Source: a virus (taxonomy: Duplodnaviria > Caudoviricetes). Taken from it: a DNA stretch of 64,000 nt. Each line of letters begins with the position of its first letter. Position 1 is the first letter of the stretch. A program made the position numbers and the translations under genes. Shown here piece after piece: positions 27,840 through 42,800 of the stretch. The notes beneath the pieces were generated by a model. The model made no database searches. It was not told the DNA's origin and saw nothing but the letters and a program-made list of their open reading frames with translations. The DNA lies in the IMG/VR virus record IMGVR_UViG_3300037455_000245, positions 41,229-105,228 of that record. One strand, given 5' to 3'.

Positions 27840-30800
27840 TTAATCGAACGCATCAAAATCATCAAATGAGTCATTCACATTATTGTCACATTTGGTGTTT
27901 TCCGCGTTTGTTCTACTTGCTTCATCTATCTACTTCAATATTGCAAGTTGTTCAGGAATTTTTTCTTCGTTGTCAAAATCTCCTAGATCCATAGCAGAGC
28001 CTTCAAAAGAGTCGTCGATAATGTCATCGTTAGTATCGTCTATCATGTCTACAGCTTTTTCCAGATCAGATCGATTATCTTTTAAAGCGCTTTCTATTAA
28101 CTATTCGGCTTGTGTGCTACTTTGCATAGAATAATCTTCTTTTCTGTTATCCAAAGCCCACTTTAATTTGTCATATAATTTAGGATTTTTAAATTGTGCG
28201 TAATTGCTTAATGCAACGTTTGCACTAATTGAAGAATCGCTAAATAATTTTACAAATTGTACAGCTTCGGCTGAAGTAGTACTACCATAATAAGATGCAT
28301 CCATGTATATTTCGTCTTCTTTTCCTTCACGAACTTTGTTCATTAACGAGAGTAGATATTTGTTTATCTTATACTACTTTACAGCAAATTCTATAGAGTT
28401 ACTATCTTTTAGCAACCTTTTTGCAGTAGGACTGTCAGTACCAATAATACGCAAATATTCATCTTTATCTTGCTGTGTTATCTGAACATTGTGCTTGTCT
28501 GTTACCTTTACATGGACTCTACGAACAAACGAATCGTCAAACAATAACGTCTTTATTTTATCTAAATCAGATTTTGTTACTGGTTTATCAACATTTAATG
28601 TGATTATTTTCTTTAAATTATCCTCGCTTATACCAGTTTTATTATCTTCTTCGTAAGATTTGAACTCTGTAGTGCCTGTTGTATTTATTTCTAAAACAAC
28701 ATTTGCTGCATTTATGCACTCTTTTTCTGGGTCTTTAAACTTTCCACCAGACGTCTCGGATGCAGGATGTAGGTGCACCCTATTTACAATTTCTTTGAAT
28801 TGTTGTGTATCAAGATTCAAATAAGTACTTCTATTAAATAAATCATATGTCTGTGGAATTTCTTTATCTTGCCATATAATATCCACATCAAACTTTCTAT
28901 CTTTTTTAGAATTAACCTTATCTACAAGATCTTGTACTTCTTTTCTAATAGCCTGATGAGAGAAGTTTGTACTTATCCTATTATCTTCGAACACCGATGG
29001 TGTTTCGTAATCTGCATAAAATTCAAACTGGTGACTGTTTTGCTGATGAAGGCCTGCTTTTGGTATCGGTATATAGATAGACATCTTTTTAGCCGGCTTC
29101 CCATCTTCAACAGATTTTGCCTAAGTTATTCCAACCTTTCGATAAAGCAAAGTCTCTCTTCTTATTTTAATCTTAAAGAAATCGTTGTGCTTTACAGTGT
29201 TATCGTTAGAATCAATTGCTATATACTGCGGAAATCCATATTCTCTACCGTGCACCATAGACGGTCCATAGACAGGATTATTACTTGTAAATGGATATTT
29301 AGAAGAGTAACTTCCGGGATAATATCTTGGGACAATATTATCATCATACCAATAATTCCTAGATATAATATCCATCATTTTGGACACATTAGAATTATCA
29401 TAAATAATATTCATACCCTGTTTAATATCTTCCTCGTTCGAAGAGTTAAGTAACGATAGAGTTTTGCTAAGCGCTAGATCGTATTGTTTTCTGTATTCTG
29501 GAGGAACTAATTCAAAGAACGAATTCATTGTATTTTGGTCGTACGCAGAATAATATGCATAAAACACTAGATCTGTTGCGATATCCTTTACATCCTCGGA
29601 TTTAGAATTCAATAGTTGAGCAAACGAAGATATTAGTTTTCTCTTATACTGAGAATCTTTATCTATCAAAGATGTAATCAATGTTATTTTACCAACGGGT
29701 GACTTCTAGTTCGGCGACTATGGAACAAGTATATCAAGCAGCTCGTTGTATACTTTCCCAGTTTTTTGATCTATGAGATCAAAATAGTCCCATTTCTTCT
29801 TGTTGTTTTTTAAATTCGTCTGTAATTCAGCAATACGTTTGTACAAAGGAGGTGTTTTGTCATTACCGTACAGTATACGTTTCCAATTTTCTACAACAGC
29901 TTGTTTATTTCCTCCTAAAGTCAGGTCTATGGATCCTTCTGGAAGTTCAGACAAAGTCATTGTTCCTGCATTAAACATGGCGTTAAATCTCATGATATTA
30001 TCGATTGCGGATCCAATTGCATCTATCTTATCTGCATTATATTCGCGTTCGTACAACTCCGGATCTCCGCCATTTATATGTGAAAATATCCACCTAAACG
30101 AATCTTCAAATATTTTAGTTGCCGTGAACAATTGCGACTTTAACATATTTCTTATAAGTTTAGTAGACTTTGTAAACTTGTCCTCAAGGTAAGAATCTTC
30201 GAAATATCGTCTAATAGCCTCTCTCTAAGCAGCTTTTTTATCGACTTTTCCATTGTCGTCCAAGAACTACCCATCGAAATCCGGATCATTTATTGTCCAA
30301 ACAGCACCATCTTCCCTAATATGATCCATTTTATTTCTAAAATCAATCATTTGTTTTATAGTATTGCCAAATTTCTTTGTATCTATCTAAGAAGCACTTA
30401 CCAACGAAGATATCGCTTGGGCGTGTTCTGATATTTCCTGGAAGCATCTAATACAAGCTAGTTGGTGCTCATAATAATCGATTAATTCAACATCGTCGCT
30501 AGACCTACCTTTTTGTATCTAATTCTTTCCTATTTGTTCATCAAATACTTTTGCTCTGTCATAATCAAAACTAGGTTCTTTCTCAGCACCTTCACCTTTT
30601 TTATTTTTATTATGATTTTTAGACTTATAATCTGCGTACTAAATAAGCTTATTTAACCGATCTTGTTCTTCCTTAGACAAAATAGATCCGTCTTTCTTAA
30701 CTAAACGACTACGTATACCGTTAAGTTTATTTCGTGTCGATGCATATTCGTGTTGTATACATTGATTCCTACGGCGTTTGTATATCTACGATTCAGGCGT

Positions 30801-33800
30801 AGATCCATCTATATTTCCTCCATATATACCGCCAGCATTATTTATTTCGTCGGCAATATTTTTAAGACTTTGCTGGGCTAAGAACGTAAATGTAGACATT
30901 CCCATACCAGCCCTCAATAAGAAGTTTGCGTAGTTGTATGTAGCATGGTTTACGTTTAGATCGAATATGTATGGATCTTTTGCGACATCTACGTGAGCGT
31001 TAACCATTGCTGATAACCAGTCAGCTATTCGTCTACCATCTTTTCCGTACATCTGGTCAAGATCACCAAACCCGTACTTAGATATATTTCCGTCATATCG
31101 CATAGTAAGGTGGCACATCTAAGTAAGAGATAAGTTTGTAACGTTCAGAGCAAACGGAGCAATACCTTCTTTACCAATAGAAAATTCTCGTTTCTTATCT
31201 ATCTAGAAAGATGGAGTTAGAGCAAATATACCAGGAAGATACTTTTTTGGTTGATTCCTAATCACACCATTCACAAAGTCATTTTTCAGCTCGCTTGTTA
31301 ACACATCAATAGACGCTCTAGCATTAGCATAATTCTTTATATCTGTTATAAGAGTTATATAATGGTCAAGCAGTGAATTTGTTAGAGCTCCTTTTGTACT
31401 ACCGGATTCAGATTCAAGCTCTTTCTTTCCATTCTTATAAGAATATGTAGCTAAGAACAATTTATCAACGTCGAAGTCAGAACCTGTCTGTGCAGTAAAT
31501 TCTCTTGGAACAATAATAAGGTCACCAACAAGAGGTGGCATGACATCTGCCACAGTAAATGCAAACATTGAAGACAAACCTTGAGTAGGAATACGATACC
31601 CCATACCAAACGGTTTAGGATTAGACATTTCTCCATCTTTTGCTGTTGGTTTTGGATATTTTGTATCAAAAGATACTCCTTTAGATTCCAAGAACTATTC
31701 TAATTCTTTTTTTATGTTTTCTGGTACATCTTGAAGAATTGTACGAGTTATTATACTATTTATAGTACCTCCATATTTTCTTGAAATACCAATATTGTCA
31801 AGATATTTAAATGTTTCATCAGACCAGTTTTTATATTGCGTCCTATCTTCTGGTAATAGTTCATCTAGAGTCTCCTTTATAGACAATTCTTCATCCGTAA
31901 ATGATGCTCCACCAGTCTTTCTTCCTTTTATAATGTCATGATCGATAAGCCATTGTTTCTACTCTGTAAACGGTCTTTTCTTAATATCGCCAGGCAATAC
32001 AGACCTAAAGAAGTTTATAGATAATATAATCTCCATACTTCCGTTTTCCATATCCCAGTCGAGTTCTTCTCCGTTGTTGTAATTTATCTTATATGCACCA
32101 ACCTGACTACGTACTTTATTGTTGCCATGCCCTACAAATCCAAATATAGATTGCTGAATTGCAGTTCCGCCAGGCATCTCAATGTCTACTACTTCAGAGT
32201 TTACAAGAGATGTTACACTGTTCTCAAATACCTCTCTAGACATTATACTAGCAGCAACCCCTCCGTCGTCGAATATATCTTCGGCAGCGACACCCAAACC
32301 GTTATTTTGGATTATCAGCTTTATATACTTCCTCAATTCTTCGTCGTTCGGTATTGGGTTGTCTGGGTCACTTCCCGGTTTAAAATATTTTTTACGCAAT
32401 TTTTCGTCACCTACAGAAGTAAGTTGTTTTATTATGCGCATAATATCCTTCTTGATAAATTCTCCGGACTTTCCATTATACTCCGCATCGTCGATTATAT
32501 TAGAAAACGCAAGTTTAAACATCTGTGTACCAATATTTCTGAAATCTTCTTCGTGATGTTCAGTGTTAAGCTGCATTCTAAGATTGTTTAAACTTTGTAT
32601 TTGTACTGGAACAAAGTCGTCACCATAATATCTACGAACCTAACCGTAATTTTTGTTATCTTCGCCTTTTTTATCTTTTCTGCTATAGTCTATACTAGCC
32701 GCACTCTTCTTATTGAATAACTCATCTATTGTACAGACTTGCTCAGATACAGCAGCACCGTCTTTGCTCATCTTTACAGCATTTTGATGACCGCCAACTT
32801 TTACGGCAGATTTGAACGATATCATATCCAACTCATCTCCCTTTTGGTTCATTCGTTCGTACAATTTTCTACTTGTATCAGTAGTAGCTTGGAACTTGAA
32901 TAGAGGGAATACGGCCATTTTGTTCAAGCCTGGTACAGCAGTACCAAGAAATTTACTCGGATCGTTTTGAAAATACGACATTTTTAATGGAAACAATTCG
33001 AGCTTTCTTACGGCGTTGTACAGTTTTTCGTCGGCCAACCAATCCCCAGTGTTAGATCCTTCTTTAAACTTATCACCAACGCCCTGTATTATCTGGTATG
33101 CTCTTTCATCGTCATAAGACCATTGACCAAGCCCAATTCTGATTTTTCTATATAGCGACGGCCTTACAAAAACCTATGCATCGCATACAGTAATATCGTT
33201 ATATGGTTTTAATTGAGATTTTAGCTCTTTCTTTATCTTTGGTTTTATGTCTTCATACAGATTATATATAGCTTTAAACACTTCGTCGTTGTCGTATATA
33301 GAAGCTATTGTTTTCTCAAAACTCAAATTATTGTTCTTGCAATATTCTTCAAATTTTGATTTATCTATAGAACGTATGTGATCTACCAGTAACTGACGTT
33401 CGAATATAGAAGAAACATGATCTATTACCATAGATTGTGCATTAATGTCTTCTACATTCATGTTTGTATAGTCTGTTATAGCCAAGTCTGGATATTTCTA
33501 TAATTCTTCTTCTGTATACGAAAGTCTCATTTCATCACCAGGTGACAAAGTGGAACCGAGTCGTTTTATTTTATCTGAAAAATTATCATTTACAACATCG
33601 ACGTATATAGAACTTTCTGTGGTCTGTCCATTCGACAAAGTAATTCGTTCTGTTATCTGCTGCATACTGGAAACATCTTCTGCGTTTTGCTTTACATATG
33701 ATGTTCCATTCCATTTATACGCAGTCCCGGTATCTTGTGCAATATACAGCACTCCGGCTTTACCTTCTTTTTGCAAACTTGCTTTGTTCTTTACCCTATT

Positions 33801-36800
33801 TGCTTTTTCTGCATTTTTTATAGAATAAAAAGCGGGATCTCCGGAGAATACTTTTTCAAACTCTATTACAGAAATTGCCTGGTTTGCTACATAGTTTGCA
33901 ATAAGAGAGAATAAAGCGTCCTGAGCTACAGTTTCGTCGAGGCCTTGTGTTGTATCAAAATAAACACCTTTGTTTTCTAACGCTTTTGATATCCTGTTCG
34001 CATATGATAATATAAGCTGCGTTGGTATACCATTCGGTATATATTTCCCGTTGCGCTTAGATACCATTTTATAAGGACTGTTTTCGTCGGACAACTTTTC
34101 TAGCTCTTGTTTAGTAGCGCCTATCAACATTTCATTTATAGATGTCTTTATTTCTTGAGAAACAAAAGCTCCTTGTTTGAAATGTAAGTTTTTTATACGT
34201 TTTAATTCCTCTCGTATTAACTCAAATCCATCTAACTAATCTTGTTCTCCTAATGCAAGAGACCCTATTGTTTTATAAAGTGGGTCTGACTACGATAAAT
34301 TTTTTGCATTGCCAGATTCAATTTGTTTCTGCAATTCGTATAAATACTACAGTCGCTGATTAAGATTATATTTTCTTCCCGACTTGTCAGTAAACGTTAT
34401 AACATCGTAGAAATATCTAAATCTTCCGCCATTTCCGGAGAAATCGATTCTTGTTTGACCAGATTCGGTTTTATATTGCTTTCCGTGGTAATTATCAATA
34501 AGACGAGCTGGGTTTTCGATTAGGTTTTTAATGTTTTTTCTAGAGTAATATTGTTCTACAGCATTAAGTTCACCCATCATGTATTTTCCAAACTAATTTA
34601 ATGTAGTGTCGCTGTATCGCATTATCTATACAGATCTATTACTTTTCTTATATTCTTCAGTTGCGTCCTAATCTATCTTTTGTTTAGTTTCACTATTTGC
34701 ATCAAGTCCTCTGTACCACGCCTTTGCGTCTACCTACCACTCTAGTTGTGCCGATTGTAATTTATCTGTAGGTTTCGGTTTTTCTTTTTCGTAATTAAGA
34801 TAAATGTGCTTTTCTAACGTATCTTTATACGGCATCACAATTATTGCGTCATGACAAAGCTTGAGATTTTTGTGTGATATAGAATACCATGTTTTCTTAT
34901 CTGCCATTGTGGGAAGAACAATCTGATCTTTTTCTGTCATTATCAGTTTTGCGATATAATCTTCCATAGGAGTTATGCCAAAATAATCAGCTCCTTTTGG
35001 ACGGTTCATATCTTTTATTCCCACAAACGCGTTCAATTTAAAATGAGTATCGGCTTTTTGTTGTTTTGCCCACTTTGAAGAAATGTCTAACAATTGACTT
35101 ACTGCGCAATATTTAGACGCCTCCATCATACTTTTTGCAAACTTTCCGTCTGTTATAGACAACTGCCTAATTCTATCGGATATAAAACTGTTCTAGCTGA
35201 TTGGATATATTCTGTCTCCATTTGGCGATTTGATTGAGAATTCTTTTGCAGAAGGATGTACTATATTTATTGCTTTTGCAAGTTTATATATATGAGTGCC
35301 TTCCCTAAAATTCGACAATAATTCATCGAACTGCCGTTCTCGTTCATCGCCCGAATATTTAACAGAATTTGCTCCAGAGTTTGCGGCAGAAATAATCGCA
35401 TCAGCCATTTTTGGTAATGTGTTCTGTGCAGATTCAACTGTTTCTCCCACATCATCTGTAGTTTTCGCGTCTTCGTATAAAAACCAACTTTTCAGTTTGT
35501 TAAAGATATATCTATTTGATATATTATCATCTTTTCTAGAAGACAATTGTATCATTACCATTAAAGAATCTCTATCGAGTGGCACAGATAACATATTATA
35601 GAAATCAATAACGTCGTTAACGATATTGTTTATATTCTATTTTAATTCTTTTGTACCGTATTGTTTCGATAATTTTTGCCTTATTGTTTCTAAACGATTC
35701 CCCAATGTTTTTGCGAATTTCTTAGACAATACCGTTTCTCCACGTTTGTTCATTTCAAGCAATCCATGAGCAGTGAGTGCTTTTGACCACTCTCTTGGTA
35801 TATTTCTAGAAATTTCCTCTTCGTTGTCGTTTTTTATGCTCCACTCTCTTTTGACATCTGCTACAGCTCCATTTCTTATTATTTCACCTTCGTCAAATGA
35901 ATCGTCATCAGAAAAATCTTCATCGTCTATCTATTCTAATGGATCTTGTATCCTAAGATACGATACCTGAGGTCTATTTGCGTTTATTGTAGTATATATC
36001 TAACTACGCAATGTTATAGCATCCCAACTGTTACCGTCAATTGTAGTTAATATTCTCCATAAAGATTCATAGAAATCGTTACTTTTGCGTCTTTGATCTA
36101 TCATTCCAAGCAACGATGTTTTTTTATACCCATCTTTATCTTTATCACAAAGAGATTCGCATTGCCACAATCTATCCACAATAAGATTCCATGCTTCTTT
36201 GAACGAATACGTTTTAATCATCCCGAAATCATCGAGTTCCTCTTCGTAATCAAAACTAATGCCGTCATCGTTATACTTTCTTTTCAGTATAGGAATTTGT
36301 TGCATCAAGAGCTTTGTTCTTATTGTAGCATTGTCTCGTTTAGAAACAGAAAGGTCAAATCTGTCCCACGTATTATCAGCGGGAGCGTTCTCCTTTAATT
36401 CTGCTTCATTTACAGCATTTACCTTATCTTCTTTGTCTAGTTTTCCTTTCTCTGCCTTTTCTACCTACTTCATTGTACGTATTTTAGCAGTAAGTCCTAG
36501 CTCTTCAAAAGACTCTTGCACAGCCCTTTTTACCAGCTCTGGGTTCTGCATAACATCTCGCAATATATGTTTCTGCTGAGTAGAAAGATCCGGAGATTTG
36601 TCTATCCACGACTCTACACTCTTCAGCATCTCATCATAGTTACTGCCATTTACACGCTTGATATCTTTTTCTGTGTGAACATTTGCGTCTTTTATAATTC
36701 TGTTTGCTATTGCCACAGAAGCATCGAAGTATTGTTGGTGATTAGAAATATGTTCAAATTTCTTTTGTCTTTGTTCTTCAGTAGTTCCTGGAATATAATA

Positions 36801-39800
36801 TTTTACAAAAGGAGCACCTTCTCGCCACTCTTTCTTGAAATATGCAAGATCTGCCTAGGAAGCGGTGCCTTGTTTGTAATTACCTGCGATAATGTCATCA
36901 AATACTTGTCTATACTCTTTTTTCTTGTTAAACAGCCTTACAAAATCTAACATGTTTGTAAAAGCGCGTCGTATAGAACCTATAATAGACATGTCCTCCT
37001 ATAAAAGAACCCATTTTCTGAAATCTTCAGCCATGCGCTCTTCTATTTCTTTATTATCTGGTTTTTTCCTCGCAAACCATTTGTGAGTGTTTAAATATGC
37101 TTTATATAAATACTCACGTTCTTCCTTGTTGTGCAAAAGTAAGTTTACATAATGCCAAGCTTCATGATAATGTACACTGCGACCGCCAGTTTTACGCAAA
37201 CCTATCGTACCAACCAAAGAGTCTGTTATACTATCAACAATTACGTCTACAGCACCCAATATTTCAGGATCACGCAGCGCTTCCTCTGCGGCCCCCCATA
37301 CAACAACGTTTGCCTGATCTATACCTAATTTGTCAGAAAGCCATTCTCTAGCTTTCTTTTCGTCAAACGTTCCTTTTGTCTTTTTTCTTGAAAAAACACC
37401 TGTTGCCGCAGAAATAGTATAATGCCTTTGATTAAATGGAAGTTCTTCTGGGGTGGCGTCTTCTGTTTCGTACGAATCTACAGTATCTACCAACGCTTTC
37501 ACCTTGCCAGTTTCCTTTTCTTTATATACAAATATAACATCGACTTCGTCTGGAGTACGTTTGTCGTATCTTTTGATAGTCCCATTCTCCACAGACTGTC
37601 TATCCAATTTATCTTTGTGCGTTTTGTTATATTCTTCCACAAAACGATCTACCTGGTCTTCACGTAACTTCTTGTCCCATTCGATTAACCCTTCGTCATC
37701 ATCTTCAGATATTCCAAGCCCAGAATCATCATGTTCTTCGGAGAATTCACAAATAGTCTACTTATCCCTACTCTGTAGGAGAATCATATCAAGTATATCA
37801 TTTTTATCGGTATCAATTCTATTAGCAAAACTTTTATTATTTGCGCCGGAAGACCGTAAAAACTCTACCCATTTTTTTATTTTCTCCTTTACTTCTGCTA
37901 TTGTTTTTGGAATATTTAATCTATCTAATCCTCTAACAGATATTTTTGACATTTGTGCCTTTTCCTTAGGCTCGTCATAAAACACGTTGCTTTCTTCCTA
38001 TACGTCAGGTTCTGAAGCCTGTTGTTTTGCTCTTTCTGGTTCTGTTTTAGCGTTTTTCTTTCTTCTTTTTGCTTCTTGAACTGGGATAGATAATCCACCT
38101 GCTGTTTTTTGTACAGGATCTTTAGACTTTGATTTTACACCATGAGCAAAAACAAACGGAGCCGTAAATATCTAATCGCTAGCATCTGTTTTTATCTTTC
38201 CGTTTTTTATCATCCATGCAAGAACACTACCCCTCTGTTCAACAAGATCGCCGAATTCTGTCGCACCTCCATCTGGAACAGAGTAAAAATCTCCAATTCT
38301 GAAGGAAAGCTGCGGGCATCCCATTATAGACACACGATGTTCCATAATCTAAGCCGGTGTCATTTTGTCAAATGTTCCGGCTTCAAATTCTTGTTGAATT
38401 AAATACTGCACTAGATCTCCAAGAACGCTTTTTGAAGCATCGACAGAGGCAGACTCTCCAAATGTATAGTCGTCAGTATTCCAGTGCATTTGCGTAGCTA
38501 TAGCTTGTACAATACTTTCTCTAAGCTGACGTTTTTGTTGTCTAACCTCTTCTGTATCGTCTTGAGATTCTAGTATTTGGTTTTTAGAGAACTCTTGTTG
38601 TACATAAATAGTTTTGTTTTTCTTTACAGTTGTTCCGTCTGCTCTAGGTACGTCTATTTGCGTTTCTTGGGGAAGACCTATATACAACATTGGTTCACCG
38701 GTACCTTGCTGCCACATAACAACAGTTTTACCAGTAGCTGTTTGCTTCTTGATTCTAACCGGTTTTGCTCCATAGTACAACTGCTTTGCGGCGAGATTTA
38801 CCATAAGATCGCTGTTTGGATCAGGTTGCTTAGCAAGTAATGTTTTCATGCTACAGTTTATAAACAACGAGACCAACTCATTTTCGTCATACTGAACCCT
38901 TCCTTGCTTATTGCCGCTTTGTATGCCTGGTAAATTTAATTCTCCAAGTATCATATATAGCAGTACTTCGGCAGCACTTGGTTTTTCTTTTATACCGGAT
39001 ATTGGTTTTTTTGTAATAGGATCTATGCAAAGTTTTACGCGTCTAGAACTATTTATTGGTACTTTCTCAATCTTCCCGTTATCTGTCTATCTATACTGGA
39101 CATCAAATTTTTCTTCAGCAAGCATTACCGGAATCTTATTTTTGCCAGTTAGACTATGTACCATCATATACAATTTTCCTGACAGACCACCTTTTTCAAA
39201 CAAAACTTCATCATCTCCTTCTCTGCGACTAAATCCGTATTTTACTATAAACTTTTTACCGGTTCTTTTAGCACGTAAACCTTTTCCTATACCTATTAAA
39301 AGAGACTCGTCTTCAAGCATATCTTGTATCTCTTCCATAGACATAGAAGGATCTACTAGAGTTCTGTATATGGGCAAATCACCGGCTGTTTTCTACGAGT
39401 CTACTCTTCCATTACTTTGCTCCAAATATTCTGGACGAACTTTGTCTATATGAGGTGTATTTGGAAATATATAATCCCCATTGGCATCTTTTTCAAGATA
39501 TGCGTCTATTATTTCATCTCTTGTCTTCTTGAGCTTATCTATTTCCTCATCTATCTTAGATTCTTTAAATACAATTCTATCGGGCTTTGAAAAATATTTT
39601 CTTGCATTATACTTGTAAGAATCTTGTATTTCATCTCGTTGCTTCTTGCGCGCTTCAAAATCCTCAATAGACTCAGATGGAGATCTTTGAACACTGTCCC
39701 AAATAGAATACGCCTTTTGCTTTGCATTTTTCTTATCCCTATGAAGTTGTTCATAATCCTAAGCATATAACTCCCTTGCATAGCTATTCACAGCTTGTTT

Positions 39801-42800
39801 ATACGCAGCTTCTATTTGTTTCTCATACAAGACTTTATCCGTTTCTGGCTTTTTTATTCCACCAACGTATTCTATTACCTTCTTTATGTCCATATTATGT
39901 AACAGAAGGCTTGTTTTTAATATTTCGCGCTGGTGTATATGATACACCCTAGGATTCCCATCTCTGCCTTTATATTTACTAGATACTGATACTACATCGC
40001 CTATTGGCTTATATACACATGCATATGATGCATCTTCGTCTTCTAGTATAAGTGCTACTGTAAACGCGTCCTTGTTGTTCTTTGTATTCTTTGCCTGTAA
40101 AGATTGTGTTACTACATAATAAGATTTTACTTTATGTAACCACCCTTTTTGCGACAATTTTTTAGATAATTCTGCACCAGGTTTCAGCGGTTTTCCATTA
40201 AACTCTGTTATAGTTTTCCCGTCTACACTTAATATTATAGGAGTTTTTTGTTCGTTATATTTATAAAATAACGTTTGCCATATTAATTCTGGCGACGGCT
40301 CTCCGACAATATCTCCTAGATTTTCTTCATTGTCTATCTGTGTAGAGTTATTTATATGCACAGGAGCGTTTTCTGCTTCATCTATAAGATCAAATTCTTC
40401 TTTTATAGAATCAGATTCGTCTTCATTTAGTGGATCGCCGTCGTATTCAACATCACCAAATTCGTTCTCAGATAAAAACGACGTGTCGTAATCGTCCTAA
40501 ATATCATCTTCTATTGCATCTTCTGCAATTTCTTCATCTGTTCTCTGGATATCGTCTTCAAACGAAGGCTCAAAATTTTCAGAATCGTTCAAATCACTGT
40601 TGACGCCTGTATCTTCATACTAAATATCACTATCATACGGATTAGCGCCGTCGTCTTCTAAAGACCCCTCTATGGCGTTATCTATATTACTGGTATCTAT
40701 ATCATCTTCGTCTACGTTGGCAACTTCACCAGGCTCATCGTCAAGTTCGTCGTTTTCTGCCTTGTTGGTGTCGCCAGTATTTGTAGAACCTTGTTTTTTA
40801 CCGTCGGCTTCTGTGTTATCGTTTCCACTGTCGTCAGTACTCGTTTTGCCGGATCCTTGTTTTCCTGTTTCAACAGAACCGCCTCCGCTTAAAGAATCAA
40901 ATTCATCAAAAACGTCATCTAAATCCTCATCCTATTCTTCTTTTCCTTTGGCAGCGTTTTTACGTTTTTGTTGTTCCTCTTTTACATCTTGTTTCTTTCC
41001 ACCGTCGTGATAGAATTGTTTCCTTACCGCCTTTTCAGCGTCACTTATGTTGTCGAAAGTTTCCTCGCTTCTTACAATAGGTTCGTCTTCATCTGAGCTA
41101 TCCTAAACCTACTATTCTGGACCGCTTAAAAACTCCTACGGTTCTTCTATGTCTTGAAAACGTCTGTGTACTATTTTCTTTCTTCGTACAGACTCTTCTA
41201 TTTTTTTCTCGATGGCGGTCCAGGCAGCTTTTTTTGACAAATGCTGCATGTCCTCTAGGTCAGTGATCTCATCGAAACCTAAATGCGTATCGGATTCTCT
41301 TCTAGAATCTTTCTTAGCTACTACAGCACCATACTCGTTTACAATATCGTCCAAATATGTACCTGTAGCAGATTCTCCAAATATAGCCTATCTTAATATA
41401 TTCGGGTTTTCTGACAGCGACATGTAAATATTTGCAACTCTGGCCTATGCGTCCATTATTGCTCTATTTATAAAGTAATTCTCTAATGTTTTAGTATGTA
41501 TGTCGTCGTCATCCAATTCAAATACTCCGCCTAAGAATTTCTCAAAATCAGAATTCTTTCCTACAATGTCCTGTTCTACGCTACGGAGCTGCTCTAACTT
41601 CTTTTTATAGTTGTCGACCCACCCTTGTACTTTTGACGGATCTACGTCAAGTCCCGTTATTTGTCTTATTTTAGTAAGAGCTTGTGCTTGATCGGTAGCC
41701 CACGACATGTTGTCTTCGATAGCTTTACGCTTCTTAAGATTATGAAGCATTCTTAACTACTCCAGAGCAAACAATGCTTTTGTTTTCGGTGTTTTAGTGC
41801 GCTGGTATGCTTCATGAATAAGTCTGTCGCGTTCTGTCTCGTCGTTTTCAAATATATCTTCAAGATATGCAGTTATCCCTTCATCGAATGCAAGCGCTTT
41901 GTCTTTAACCAAATCTCTTATTGCCCAATGCCCAGAAAACTTTTTAGATTTGTTTTTTCCACGTCCGTTTTCGTTTAACATTCTCTCTTTAAACAAATCT
42001 TCAGATTCTTTTTCATAAATAGGCTTTAACAGTTCATCACGCTTTTTCTTTGCCTCATCGGTTTTTGCCTCAAATAGACGCTGCGCCTGCACTCTGTACT
42101 TTGGACCTTTTTTCTTGGTTCTCTGCTTTTTTATATCTTCATCAAGATTGTTTTGTAAAACATCTTTACCAATAAGTTCTATAAGCTCGTCAACAGTTTT
42201 TATGGTTTTGACGTAAGACTAAAATTCACGATTTGTGTATTTTGGGAAATCTTTTATATACTTATCATAATTGTTGGAAAATTTATCTATAGCCGCTGCT
42301 AATTTTGAATTATCTTTTACTAATTGTGATAATTCTTCTTGAGAAATACTTCCATCTAATATTTTGGTAAGGATATACTCCTAATATTGTTGTGTAGCGT
42401 TTATATCTTTCATTTGCTACAAAACCAACTCTCTAGTTTTATGATAGTCCATAAGCGCTGTAGCGCCATCACGAAGAAATTGTCTATATTTTTCGCTATC
42501 TTTGTTTATTCCCTTTTCTTCAAGATCTTTACTTACCTGTTCGTTGGAATAAAGCCCCCACACAGCTGTCATCAACTTTATATCGTCGTCAATGTATTCT
42601 TTCTTTACAAGACTGCGATTAGCCTGTTCTATTCTATCTTGGTATTGTTCATTGGTTTCGCCGTCTCTTTGTTTGCCTTTATCTTCACTAAGCATCTATT
42701 TTAGATCATTTAGTGAAGTAAATAAAGAACTCCAATCGGCTCCATGCTAAAACCTATCGTAGAACATGTCGATGTGTACATTGTCCTATAAAGCTTTTTC

